A stretch of DNA of 64,000 nucleotides from an uncultured Bacilli bacterium (GTDB lineage Bacteria > Bacillota_I > Bacilli_A > RF39 > UBA660): contig CAKOLD010000002.1 in the NCBI GenBank assembly GCA_934096015.1, forward strand, positions 393 to 64,392. Direction: 5' to 3'. Position 1 is the stretch's first letter. Each line of letters opens with the position of its first letter. The translations under genes were made by a program, and so were the position numbers. A model generated the notes under the pieces. That model saw only the letters and a list, made by a program, of their open reading frames with translations. It ran no database searches and had not been told where the DNA came from. Shown piece after piece: positions 1-9,408 of the stretch.

Positions 1-56
1 CTTTTATTGAACATAAATACACTAAAAAAGTCTTAGATTAAAATTCTAAGACTTTT

Positions 57-473
57 TTATGCAAATAAGTTTTCTTTATATTTTATATTATATTCACTTT
101 GAATTAAACATAAATCATTATTATTAGTTTCTGAATATGTATTTTTATTGGAATAAAACATGAAAGGTTGACTATAGCCATTTTTAAAATTTATAATAAC
201 TTCTTTAATTTTAGGATTGTTTTTTAGAATTGTAAAAGCATTTTCTTTAAGGTTATTTTTTGTTAAATTATATTCAATTATTTCATTTGTTAATTTTATC
301 ATAAAAAAATTAGCTTTTAATCGATTACTATTTTCTTTTGGAGTAAATGCTATTTCATCTCCAGAATCATTTATATTTGATATATATAAATTATCAAACA
401 TATTAGGTGTTGCAATGATTGATTGATTAGTATCTAATTTAATGTTTATATCTTTAATACTTATGTTATTCAT
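57..473 (-). CDS. hypothetical protein (138 aa)
   Basis: ORF only; no recognisable motif. Confidence 0.35.
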   Translation of the reverse strand: MNNISIKDINIKLDTNQSIIATPNMFDNLYISNINDSGDEIAFTPKENSNRLKANFFMIKLTNEIIEYNLTKNNLKENAFTILKNNPKIKEVIINFKNGYSQPFMFYSNKNTYSETNNNDLCLIQSEYNIKYKENLFA

Positions 474-558
474 TTTATCACCTAAATTAATTATATATTA
501 TTAATTTTTTTTTGTCTATTAATTTTTAAAATTTGTTATAATATATTTGGTGTTACAG

Positions 559-903
559 ATGAATGAAATTCTTATTAAATTAAAAAAATCTAAGTTTAGA
601 TCAAGTTTTAAATTATCTGATAATGATAAAAAGTATATTGAAGATAAAGGGATAGAAAAAATAAAAGAGCATGCTTATGATTTTGTAAAAAATAGATTGG
701 CTTCTAAAAATTTAAAAAATGATGGCAAACAAACTCCTATGCATGGTCATCCTGTATTTGTTGCACAACACGCAACAGCAACGTGTTGTAGGGGATGTTT
801 ATATAAATGGCATCACATTCAAAAGAATCATAATTTAACTGAAACTGAGACTGAATATGTTGTAAAAGTAATAATGACTTGGATAAAAGAACAATTATTA
901 TAA
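559..903 (+). CDS. conserved Cys-cluster protein, DUF4186-like ('HPVFVAQHATATCCRGC')
   Basis: ORF 547..903 trimmed to first ATG (MNEILIK...); family assignment from remembered motif only. Confidence 0.45.
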   Translation: MNEILIKLKKSKFRSSFKLSDNDKKYIEDKGIEKIKEHAYDFVKNRLASKNLKNDGKQTPMHGHPVFVAQHATATCCRGCLYKWHHIQKNHNLTETETEYVVKVIMTWIKEQLL

Positions 904-951
904 AAAAACTTTATTTTTTAAAAAAAATGTGCTATTATACTTTTTGTAGAT

Positions 952-1028
952 GCGCCCATAGCTCAATTGGATAGAGCGTTAGACTACGGATCTAAAGGTT
1001 GGGGGTTCGACTCCCTCTGGGCGTACCA
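952..1028 (+). tRNA. tRNA-Arg (anticodon ACG)
   Basis: Cloverleaf readable: acceptor GCGCCCA/TGGGCGT, anticodon loop 'gactACGgatc', T-arm GGTTCGACTCC, encoded CCA. Confidence 0.85.
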
Positions 1029-1079
1029 TTTATTTTTTACTTGCATATATTATTATATATGTTATAATTAATATGTTTT

Positions 1080-1156
1080 CGAGAAGTAGCACAGCTTGGT
1101 AGTGCACTTGGTTTGGGACCAAGGGGTCGCAGGTTCGAATCCTGTCTTCTCGACCA
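1080..1156 (+). tRNA. tRNA-Pro (anticodon UGG)
   Basis: Acceptor CGAGAAG/CTTCTCG, anticodon stem cttgg/ccaag with loop 'tttggga', T-arm GGTTCGAATCC, encoded CCA. Confidence 0.85.
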
Positions 1157-1166
1157 TGAAGTTTAT

Positions 1167-1192
1167 AAAGCCTTTATTTAAGGCTTTTTTAT
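1167..1192 (+). terminator. rho-independent terminator after tRNA pair
   Basis: stem aaagcct/aggcttt followed by T6. Confidence 0.7.
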
Positions 1193-1319
1193 TATGTTAA
1201 TTTTTTTAACGTACTTTATAATCTAAATGCTTTGAGGGTAATTATGGTAAGATATTACAATAATTTTATTTAATGTTAAATATTAAGTAAAAAATAGGGT
1301 GAAATTCTTGACCCTATTT

Positions 1320-2543
1320 TTATCTGTATTTTTGATCGATAATTTTTTCAAAAGTATTTTCTATAAATTGTTTGGTTAGTCCTTTATTATATAAATAGTG
1401 GTTTTTTTCATAAGTTTCAGAATATTGATTTAAGGGAATTAATAGAAAATTATTTTGATTTTTGTCGTAGTAGTTTATAATTGGTTCTGTTTTAATATTA
1501 GTAATATTAATTGATTCATTTTGTTTGGTTATTGTTAGTGTTGATAATAATCCAATTTGATAGTTATCTAAAAATTCTTGATTGGCTCTATCTACAATTG
1601 GATCTGCAGAAACAAAATTTCCCATAGAATAATATACTAAAGTTTTGTGATTTTCACCGATTTCTTCTATTTTTTGAATATTATGTGAGTGAGATCCAAT
1701 AATAATATCTACACCTAAGTTGTTTAAATAGTTAGCAAGATAGGTTTGTTCTTCAGTTATTTGGTAAGTAAATTCTTTACCCCAGTGCATTAAAACGATG
1801 ACGACGTCAACGCTTTCTCTTAAATTAGTTATTTCATTTTTTAATATTTTTTTATATTCTTCTGTAACAGTTCTTGTGTCTGGATCTCTAAATAGTCCTA
1901 CTTTTTCTCTTAAGTTGTTGGGTATTTTACTATTTGTGCCCATGGTATATGCTAAAAATCCTATTTTTATTCCATTTATATTTTTAATATATAAATTGTT
2001 TCTTTTATTTGTGTCATTATAAGTTCCTACAGTCATAATATTAGAGTTATTTTTAAAGAAATCTATAGTTGAGTTTATTCCATCGATTCCTCTATCATAA
2101 GAATGGTTATTTGCAGTTCCTAAAATTTCTATACTTTGGTTTGCAATTAAATTTCCCATTGAACTTGGAGCACAAAAGGAATAACCAGTTCCTGATACTT
2201 CTAAAGAATCATTTCCGATAACTACTTCCATGTTTCCAATGGTTAAATCATCTTTTTTAAAATAATCATTGTTAACAATTTCAAAATATTTTGAAGAGTC
2301 ATATCCACTATTTATAGCATCATAAAAAGGTTGTTCAAATAATAAATCACCAATTAAAGTTAATTTAGCTTTTTGTTTATTTTGTTTAATTATTTTTTTA
2401 GTGGTGGAGGGTGTTTTTTGATTAGTATCTTTATCTTTTTTTTCTTCTTTAGTAATATTTTGAAATATGATTATACTTAATATGATAAGTATTAATAATA
2501 GTATTATTTTAAATTTCTTTTTTAATTTTAATTTTGTTTTCAT
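1320..2543 (-). CDS. CapA/PgsA-family metallophosphatase-like protein (membrane-anchored, Lys-rich N-terminus)
   Basis: motifs 'GTANNHSYD', 'VLMHWGKEF', 'IIGSHSH' typical of the CapA family; N-terminal TM. Confidence 0.7.
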   Translation of the reverse strand: MKTKLKLKKKFKIILLLILIILSIIIFQNITKEEKKDKDTNQKTPSTTKKIIKQNKQKAKLTLIGDLLFEQPFYDAINSGYDSSKYFEIVNNDYFKKDDLTIGNMEVVIGNDSLEVSGTGYSFCAPSSMGNLIANQSIEILGTANNHSYDRGIDGINSTIDFFKNNSNIMTVGTYNDTNKRNNLYIKNINGIKIGFLAYTMGTNSKIPNNLREKVGLFRDPDTRTVTEEYKKILKNEITNLRESVDVVIVLMHWGKEFTYQITEEQTYLANYLNNLGVDIIIGSHSHNIQKIEEIGENHKTLVYYSMGNFVSADPIVDRANQEFLDNYQIGLLSTLTITKQNESINITNIKTEPIINYYDKNQNNFLLIPLNQYSETYEKNHYLYNKGLTKQFIENTFEKIIDQKYR

Positions 2544-2646
2544 ATGTTACTCCTATGATTATTTTAGCATAATCGACATAAAAAACATATTGATTTTTGA
2601 CTTCTACATGTTATAATATTTGTATAAGATAGAAGGGAATTAATTT

Positions 2647-3168
2647 ATGAAAAAATTAAAAAATAATAAAAAAGGTTTTACGTTAGTAGAATTACTTGTA
2701 GTTATAGTTATTTTATCTGTAATTATTATTATATTAGGAAATACAGCATTACCTATGATGGGAAAATTGAAGAAAAATGGAATGTTAACTTATGCAGAGA
2801 GAGTTGTTTCTAATGCTGCTACTTCTATTCAAGCTGATTCAATTACAAATCCTACTATTGCTGGTAAAGGATATAGTATTGAAGATTTAATGGGGAGCAA
2901 GTCTTATTTTGGATGTGTGTATGTAAAAGTGGATAATACTACTGGAAGCCCAGTTTATACTTATACAGTACTTATGTATTCTAAGGCGGATAAATATCAA
3001 TTTAAAGGAGAAACAACAACTGCAACATTTGATGGTGACATTGATACTTTAGCACCAGGATATGGAGGAAGCATACCTGCAACTAATCTATATAATTCTA
3101 CTACATGTAATGTTGCTCCAACAGCTAGTAGCATCTATAAAGAAGCTGCACCAGCAGCAACACCATAA
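2647..3168 (+). CDS. prepilin-type N-terminal cleavage/methylation domain protein (type IV pilin / pseudopilin-like)
   Basis: N-terminus 'KKGFTLVELLVVIVILSVI' = class III signal (G/FTLVE) plus hydrophobic helix. Confidence 0.65.
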   Translation: MKKLKNNKKGFTLVELLVVIVILSVIIIILGNTALPMMGKLKKNGMLTYAERVVSNAATSIQADSITNPTIAGKGYSIEDLMGSKSYFGCVYVKVDNTTGSPVYTYTVLMYSKADKYQFKGETTTATFDGDIDTLAPGYGGSIPATNLYNSTTCNVAPTASSIYKEAAPAATP

Positions 3169-3226
3169 AATGAAAGTTTAATACTTTCTTTTTTTATGAT
3201 AAAATATAATATAAGTAGGTGGTTAG

Positions 3227-4267
3227 ATGATTGGTATAGCACTTGAAGGTGGAGGAGCAAAAGGAGCTTATGAAATAGGTGCTTATGTTGCTTTAAAAAA
3301 ACACTTAAAAAATATAAAAATGATTGCTGGGACTTCAATTGGTTCAATAAATGCGGCACTTTTAGTGCAAGGTGATATAAAAAAAGCAATGGATTTGTGG
3401 ATGAGTGTTGATTCTAGTATTTTTGGTTTTGATACAGAACTAAATAAAGAATTAAAAAAGAGTTTTAATTTAAAAAATATGAAAGCTGGATTAGAAGAAA
3501 TAAAAGCTGTTATAAAAAATAAAGGAATTGATACTAAAAAGTTACGTGATTTAATTGATGAAGCAATTGATGAAGATAGAGTCAGAAATAGTAAAATAAA
3601 ATTGGGTTTAGTTACAGTGCGTTTAAATGATTTAAAACCGTTAGAGGTTACGATAGATGATATACCTTATGGAAAATTAAAAGATTATTTAATGGCTAGT
3701 TGCTATTTACCGATTTTTAAGAGTGAAAAAATAATAGATAATAAATATTATATTGATGGGGGATTTTATAATAATTTGCCGGTTTCATTATTAGAAAAAA
3801 ATGGTTGTGATAAAATTTATGCAATTCGTTTAAATTCTTTAGGGATTGTAAAAAAATATACTGGTGATGTAGTGGTTATTAAGCCTAATAAAAGTACAGG
3901 CCCAGGAATTTTTTTCAGTAAAAATGATGTTACTAATAACATAAGAATGGGATATCTTGATGCGTTAAAATCATTAAATTTGGTGTTAGGGAAAACTTAT
4001 TATTTTAAAAAGAAAAAATTTTATTTTGTAAATGTGAAAAAAGTTTCTTCTAAGACACTTGATGTTATTAAATTAAAATTTAAAAGTGATGATTATAAGG
4101 AAATATTATTTTTAGCGTTAGAAGAAGTATTATTTTATAATAAATTTGATGTTTTAAAGTTATATGAGATTAATAAGACGTTGAAATTAATAAAAAAGGG
4201 TAAATTAAAGTGTAGAAGTAGTGTTATTAATGATTTTATTTATAGTGTTGATTGTAAAATAGGTTGA
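3227..4267 (+). CDS. patatin-like phospholipase
   Basis: 'GIALEGGGAKGAYEIG' (GxGxxG) and 'GTSIGS' (GxSxG) motifs, 'DGG' dyad region. Confidence 0.75.
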   Translation: MIGIALEGGGAKGAYEIGAYVALKKHLKNIKMIAGTSIGSINAALLVQGDIKKAMDLWMSVDSSIFGFDTELNKELKKSFNLKNMKAGLEEIKAVIKNKGIDTKKLRDLIDEAIDEDRVRNSKIKLGLVTVRLNDLKPLEVTIDDIPYGKLKDYLMASCYLPIFKSEKIIDNKYYIDGGFYNNLPVSLLEKNGCDKIYAIRLNSLGIVKKYTGDVVVIKPNKSTGPGIFFSKNDVTNNIRMGYLDALKSLNLVLGKTYYFKKKKFYFVNVKKVSSKTLDVIKLKFKSDDYKEILFLALEEVLFYNKFDVLKLYEINKTLKLIKKGKLKCRSSVINDFIYSVDCKIG

Positions 4268-4311
4268 TAATCTTTTTAAATAAATATATAATGTACTGAG
4301 GGAGTGAAGAT

Positions 4312-5031
4312 ATGGGAAGAGCATATGAAGTAAGAAAAGCTAGTATACAAAAAACTGGAGCTATTAAAGCTAAATTATATAGTACTTTTGCTAAAGAGAT
4401 ATATTTGGCTGCTAAAAATGGAGTTCCAGAGATTGATAGTAATATAAATTTAAAGAGAATTGTAGATAAAGCAAAAAAGCAACAAGTTCCTAGTGATATA
4501 ATTAATAGAGCCATTGAAAAAGCAAAAGGTGCAGGAGCTGAAGATTATCAAACAGTTATTTATGAAGGATTTGGACCTGGAGCTAGTACTTTGATAATTA
4601 AATGTTTAACTGATAATGTTAATAGAACTGTTGGTTTTGTTAGAACGGCTTTTAATAAGTGTCATAAGAGTTTAGGGGTTTCTAATAGTGTTAGTTATAA
4701 TTATGATTATTTAGGAGTTATTAGTTTTAAAACTAGTGATAGTGAAAGTGTATTTGAAATGCTATTAAATGAAGGCATTGAGCTTGTTGATTTTGAGTAT
4801 GAAGATGGTGAGGTTGTTATAACTTGTAATCCAACTGATATTCATGCTGTTAAAGATGTTTTAGAAAAAAATATTTCGGATATTGAATATGATTTAGATG
4901 AGGTTGGAATGTATCCTAAAGAAAAGGTTGTTTTAACAGGAGAAGATAAGGAATTATTTTTACGTTTATATTCTATGTTAGATGAAATAGAAGATGTAAC
5001 TGAGATTTATCATAACGTTGAGTTAGATTAA
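4312..5031 (+). CDS. YebC/PmpR-family (YeeN-like) transcriptional regulator
   Basis: 'YEGFGPGASTLIIKCLTDNVNRT' and N-terminal 'MGRAYEVRKA...' match the YebC/YeeN family pattern. Confidence 0.8.
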   Translation: MGRAYEVRKASIQKTGAIKAKLYSTFAKEIYLAAKNGVPEIDSNINLKRIVDKAKKQQVPSDIINRAIEKAKGAGAEDYQTVIYEGFGPGASTLIIKCLTDNVNRTVGFVRTAFNKCHKSLGVSNSVSYNYDYLGVISFKTSDSESVFEMLLNEGIELVDFEYEDGEVVITCNPTDIHAVKDVLEKNISDIEYDLDEVGMYPKEKVVLTGEDKELFLRLYSMLDEIEDVTEIYHNVELD

Positions 5032-5115
5032 TCTCTTTTTTGTTGTGTTTTTTGAGTTTATCTATTGCTTAGAATTATTTAATATGGTATCATTTTATGG
5101 TAGAGGAGGATATAA

Positions 5116-5736
5116 ATGAAAGAGAACAGAGCAATGACGGTTATGATGACTGTAATTGGAATAGCAACTTTGCTAGTTACGTTAGTTAGTGCAACATTTG
5201 CTTACTTTACAGCTAAAGTTACTGATAATAATCCTTTAAAAAATGATGTAACAGTTACAGGTGCTACGTTAGGTACTATAAGTTATACACATGGTGATAC
5301 TGTTACTTTAGCTAATGCTTTTCCAGGAGATTCTGATTCTAAAACATTTACTATTTCTTCGGAAGCGGCTTCTACTAATCCAGTTAGCTATGATGTTTAT
5401 TTAGTTACATCTGATAATACTTTTACTACTGGTAATTTGCATGCTACTTTAACAGGAGATTCGTCTAATGTAACTGGTAAAACTGCTATTACTTCTAATT
5501 TGAATGATACTTCTTTGGATTTATCTAACTATGGCCCTAATTCTAAAGTTAAGATTGGTAGTGGAGTTATACAACCTAATGCTACTACTGATACTTGGAC
5601 ATTGAAAATTCAACTTGTTGAGGCAAATGAAGAGCAGAATGCAGATCAAGGTGCTACGTTTACAGGAAAAATTGAAGTGGTTGCAAATATAGGTTATACA
5701 GCTGGTGGTGCTACAACTAGTGTTAGTGGAAACTAA
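5116..5736 (+). CDS. TasA/camelysin (peptidase M73)-family secreted fibre protein, SipW-type signal
   Basis: N-terminal 'LLVTLVSATFAYFTAKVTDNN' resembles the TasA/CalY 'GGTFAFFSDKE' SipW-cognate signal; tandem paralog; sipW next. Confidence 0.6.
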   Translation: MKENRAMTVMMTVIGIATLLVTLVSATFAYFTAKVTDNNPLKNDVTVTGATLGTISYTHGDTVTLANAFPGDSDSKTFTISSEAASTNPVSYDVYLVTSDNTFTTGNLHATLTGDSSNVTGKTAITSNLNDTSLDLSNYGPNSKVKIGSGVIQPNATTDTWTLKIQLVEANEEQNADQGATFTGKIEVVANIGYTAGGATTSVSGN

Positions 5737-5753
5737 GGAGAGGGATAATAATT

Positions 5754-6383
5754 ATGAATGAAAATAATAAAGGAACTACTATTTTATTAACAGTTATTGG
5801 AGTTGCAACTTTATTAGTTGCGGTTGTTGGAGCAACATTTGCTTATTTTACTGCAAATGTTAAGGATGTTAATCCTGATAAAACAGATGTAAATGTTAGT
5901 GCAGCAACAGTTGGTACTATTACTTTTACGCATGGTGATACAATTACATTACAAAATGCTTATCCTGGTGATTTAGATAGTAAAACATTTACTATTGCTG
6001 CTGATGCAACTAGTACTATACCTGTTGAATATAATATTTATTTGACAGTAACAAATAATACTTTTATAACAAATAATTTAGAATATAAATTGTCAGCTAC
6101 AAGTGTTACAGGAACAAATGGAACTGCATCTACTGGCTTACCTACATTGGAAGGAAGCCAATATGTAGCTTTAGATAGTACTACTTATGGAAATGCTAAA
6201 AAAGTTTTAATTGGAACAGCGAAATTAGGAACTAAAGGTACTGTTGATACTTGGACAATGGAAGTAAGATTAAAAGAAACAAATGAGTTACAAAATGATG
6301 ACCAAGGTAAGGAATTTAGTGGAAAATTAAGCGTTGAAGCTGTTACTAAATATTCTGCTGGAGGAAATACATACGGTGGTTAA
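5754..6383 (+). CDS. TasA/camelysin-family secreted fibre protein (paralog)
   Basis: 'LLVAVVGATFAYFTANVKD' signal; same architecture as preceding gene. Confidence 0.6.
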   Translation: MNENNKGTTILLTVIGVATLLVAVVGATFAYFTANVKDVNPDKTDVNVSAATVGTITFTHGDTITLQNAYPGDLDSKTFTIAADATSTIPVEYNIYLTVTNNTFITNNLEYKLSATSVTGTNGTASTGLPTLEGSQYVALDSTTYGNAKKVLIGTAKLGTKGTVDTWTMEVRLKETNELQNDDQGKEFSGKLSVEAVTKYSAGGNTYGG

Positions 6384-6448
6384 CACTTATAAGTAAATAT
6401 TTATTGATATTTGCTTTTTTTTTTTATATAATGAATTTATAGAATAAT

Positions 6449-7078
6449 ATGGTGATAAAAGTGGCTAGTTTGGATAAAGAGAAAAAAAAATATGCACCTA
6501 TATTTGAAAAAGTAGGAAGAGTTCTTTCATATGCTGCAATAGTAGTACTTATTTTTTGTGCTTTATTTTTTGTATATTATTTTATTTCAATTGCTGTTTA
6601 CAAGGCTAATCCTCAGAGTAAATTACCGCGTTTTGGGCTTTATACTATAATTAGTCCTAGTATGGAGCCAAAAATTAAGGTTTATGATGTGGTTGTAACA
6701 AAAACAGTGGATCCTAAAACAATTAAAGTTGGGGATGTTATATCTTTCATATCAAGTAGCACAATAAGTAGAGGACTATTAGTTACACATAGAGTTGTTA
6801 GTATTGCGATTGCTTCTAATGATGAGTTAGCTTTTAAAACTAAGGGTGATAATAATCAAACAGCGGATACTGCACCTGCAATGAGTTCTAGTATTGTGGG
6901 TAAAGTAATTTTTAAAATTCCTCAGTTAGGAAGAGTACAATTCTTTTTGGCTCAAAAAGCAGGATGGCTACTTATTGTGGTTATGCCTGCACTTGGAGTA
7001 ATAGTTTATGATTTTATTAAACTATTTAAGATGATTGATCCAAAGAAAATTGATAATAATAGTAAAACAAAGGAGTGA
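6449..7078 (+). CDS. sipW: signal peptidase I, SipW (archaeal/ER-type)
   Basis: 'ISPSMEPKIKVYDVVV' (SxSMEP catalytic Ser box), N-terminal TM, downstream of tasA-like genes. Confidence 0.75.
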   Translation: MVIKVASLDKEKKKYAPIFEKVGRVLSYAAIVVLIFCALFFVYYFISIAVYKANPQSKLPRFGLYTIISPSMEPKIKVYDVVVTKTVDPKTIKVGDVISFISSSTISRGLLVTHRVVSIAIASNDELAFKTKGDNNQTADTAPAMSSSIVGKVIFKIPQLGRVQFFLAQKAGWLLIVVMPALGVIVYDFIKLFKMIDPKKIDNNSKTKE

Positions 7079-7083
7079 AGAAG

Positions 7084-8115
7084 ATGAATAAAGATTTAGA
7101 AAAACTTTTAGATAAATCGATTAAAGTTTTGGCTGATAATGATGATAAAAAGGAACAAGAAAGATATCACTTATTACAGAGTGCTATTGAACAAACGCAA
7201 GAATATTTAGAATCTAATAATTATTCTAAAGAACTTAGTAATGATTTAACAAATGAGTTAAACGTTTCTATAAAACGTTTTAAAAATACAAAAGTACCTT
7301 TTATAATATTTTTAGTTATATTATGTACTATTATTTTTTCTGGGGCATTTTATGTTTCTTATTCTTATTTTTATGATTTCTTTTATAATGGAGGAGAGAT
7401 TGTTCCACCAAAAACAACTACTACAAAAACTACCAGAAAGATTTCAACAACTGGTGATGTTACAGATAGAGTGACTGACCCAGCTGAAAGTACAACGACT
7501 AATAAGACTGCTAAAACTACTAAGAAAGCAAATAAAACCACAAAGAAGAATAATAGTAATGATAATAGTAAGACTACAAAGAAAAATACTACTAATGATG
7601 GAGGTAAAAAAACTACATCTTCTAATGTTATAGATGATGATCCTAATGTACCAGAGTTTGTTACTGTTGTATTTGATAATGGAGAATTAATTGATTTAAA
7701 TAATATTATTCCATTAGATGATAATGATGGTTTAAATACTACGCCTGTTACATGGAAGTTAAATAGTACTTTATCTAAAGGTAGTAAGAATTATAAAATA
7801 ACATATTCAATTGATTTTATTGATAAAATTGAAGATATTTCTTCTTCTGAACTTTTGGATATAACTAAATTAAAATATCAATTATTAATTAAGAAAAATG
7901 GTTCTGTTTATTCTGATACTGGTGTACAATTGATGGCTGATTATCCTGAGGTGGAAAATGGTATTAGACCAATAATAACAGGAAGTTATAATAAAGGTGA
8001 AGAGTTATCTTTTGAACTTAGAATGTGGTTAGATAGTAGTACAGATAATTCACAACAAGGAAAGAAATATAGATTTAAAATAAATGTTCAGGCTTCTTAT
8101 GACTTTATGAATTAG
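7084..8115 (+). CDS. membrane protein with Thr/Lys-rich linker, co-operonic with sipW (TapA-position accessory protein?)
   Basis: ORF 7075..8115 trimmed to ATG after RBS aggag; single TM, low-complexity T/K/N linker, globular C-terminus. Confidence 0.45.
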   Translation: MNKDLEKLLDKSIKVLADNDDKKEQERYHLLQSAIEQTQEYLESNNYSKELSNDLTNELNVSIKRFKNTKVPFIIFLVILCTIIFSGAFYVSYSYFYDFFYNGGEIVPPKTTTTKTTRKISTTGDVTDRVTDPAESTTTNKTAKTTKKANKTTKKNNSNDNSKTTKKNTTNDGGKKTTSSNVIDDDPNVPEFVTVVFDNGELIDLNNIIPLDDNDGLNTTPVTWKLNSTLSKGSKNYKITYSIDFIDKIEDISSSELLDITKLKYQLLIKKNGSVYSDTGVQLMADYPEVENGIRPIITGSYNKGEELSFELRMWLDSSTDNSQQGKKYRFKINVQASYDFMN

Positions 8116-8136
8116 GATTTTACAATCCTTTTTTTG
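8114..8136 (+). terminator. rho-independent terminator
   Basis: stem aggatt/aatcct then T6. Confidence 0.7.
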
Positions 8137-8168
8137 TTTGATATAATATTTTTATTCAAGGTGAGTAA

Positions 8169-8918
8169 ATGAAAAGAAAAATAATTTTTATATTGTATGT
8201 TATCATCTTTTTGTTGGTAGCATCAATAAATGTTATTAGTATAAAGAAATTTTTTGATAAAAAACAATTTAAAAAACTTGATGATATAGTTGCAAATAAT
8301 TATGTTGTAAATTTAGTAAGTTTTAATGAAGAAGAAGTTTCTGAGGTTGTAGAGTCTCAAACTGAAAATGTTAGTACAGAACAAGAAAATAATACTATTA
8401 TTCCTTCTACTCAAGTTAGTGAGCCTACTTTAGAAATACCTAAAGCAGCTATTGAAGAAAAAAAGGAAATTGTAGAAACTAATCCAATTATTGCGGAAGC
8501 TTTATATGATGGATTAACAGAACAGGAATTAATAGATAAGTTAAATAGAAGTTTGAAAAATGAAATAGCAGAAACAGGTATTGATTTTGTAAATTTTTAT
8601 AAAAATACTGGTTTAGATCCTTATTTAGCTGTTGCGATTGTATTACATGAAACTGGTTGTTCTTGGAATTGTAGTAATTTAGTAAAAGAGTGTTTTAATG
8701 TTGGAGGATTAAAGGGTGGTCCTAACTTTTATAGAGATACCCGTTACACTTGTTATAGTTCAAAAGATGAAGGTGTGAATGCATATTTGAATATTTTATA
8801 TAATAATTATTATTCTCAAGGGTTAACAACTCCTGAATTAATTAATCCAAAATATGCTACTGGGACAACTTGGGCGGGAAAAATAAATTATTATATTGAA
8901 AAGATAAAAAACAATTAA
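8169..8918 (+). CDS. membrane-anchored peptidoglycan hydrolase, glucosaminidase (FlgJ/LytD-like) domain
   Basis: C-terminal 'YLAVAIVLHETG...NVGGLKGG' glucosaminidase-like block; N-terminal TM; acidic linker. Confidence 0.55.
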   Translation: MKRKIIFILYVIIFLLVASINVISIKKFFDKKQFKKLDDIVANNYVVNLVSFNEEEVSEVVESQTENVSTEQENNTIIPSTQVSEPTLEIPKAAIEEKKEIVETNPIIAEALYDGLTEQELIDKLNRSLKNEIAETGIDFVNFYKNTGLDPYLAVAIVLHETGCSWNCSNLVKECFNVGGLKGGPNFYRDTRYTCYSSKDEGVNAYLNILYNNYYSQGLTTPELINPKYATGTTWAGKINYYIEKIKNN

Positions 8919-9232
8919 ACCACCTGTTATGCAGGTTTGAGCAGAAAAGAGCTTCGCCAAGATATAGTAATAATCTTAAGAAGATTATGTTAATAAAAAA
9001 GTGTAAGAGAATACTAAGGCTCTTATAAAGTGAGAGTAAAAGACAGAAGACCGAATGTTCAACTAATAATCCAATAACAGTTAATTATATATTAGAAAGT
9101 CTAATAGAAAATAGTATTTATTTAGAACCTGTAACTACAAATAATGGAACAAATATAATAACAATTAATACTAATGTTAATCCAATAATTGAAGTTAAAA
9201 ATTGATTTAGTAGAATGGTTTTTAAAATTTGA

Positions 9233-9261
9233 TTGATATTTTATTTTAGTTTTGTTATAAT
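9233..9261 (+). promoter_or_regulatory. sigma-A-type promoter for tyrS leader
   Basis: TTGATA-17-TATAAT. Confidence 0.5.
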
Positions 9262-9264
9262 CAA

Positions 9265-9398
9265 TTTGTTAGCAATGAAAGAATTTACGACTCTGGAGCT
9301 AAATCGTAGAATTGCGTTAAATTTTAGGAGATAACAAAGTTATAAATTAAGGTGGTACCGCGGAAATTTCGCCCTTAAGTTTATAACTTTTTTTTATA
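9265..9398 (+). promoter_or_regulatory. T-box riboswitch leader (Tyr) with terminator
   Basis: conserved T-box 'AAGGTGGTACCGCG' at 9349-9362; terminator stem aagttataaattaagg/ccttaagtttataact + T8; 'UAC' in candidate specifier region. Confidence 0.6.
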
Positions 9399-9408
9399 GG
9401 AGGATTTT

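Noticed and set aside
217-426. Short ORFs overlapping better-supported genes. Opposite strand: 217-426, 1798-2022, 3135-3389, 4236-4514, 18244-18471, 39910-40128, 43424-43627, 47549-47749, 53732-53917, 54406-54624, 57657-57953, 58410-58595, 60875-61069, 61402-61584. Same strand, other frame: 39275-39547, 62916-63101
   Set aside because: Embedded in the opposite strand or an alternative frame of longer, motif-supported genes (CapA, LexA, VirB6-like, ribosomal proteins and others). Low-complexity AT-rich translations. Typical spurious ORFs of AT-rich DNA.
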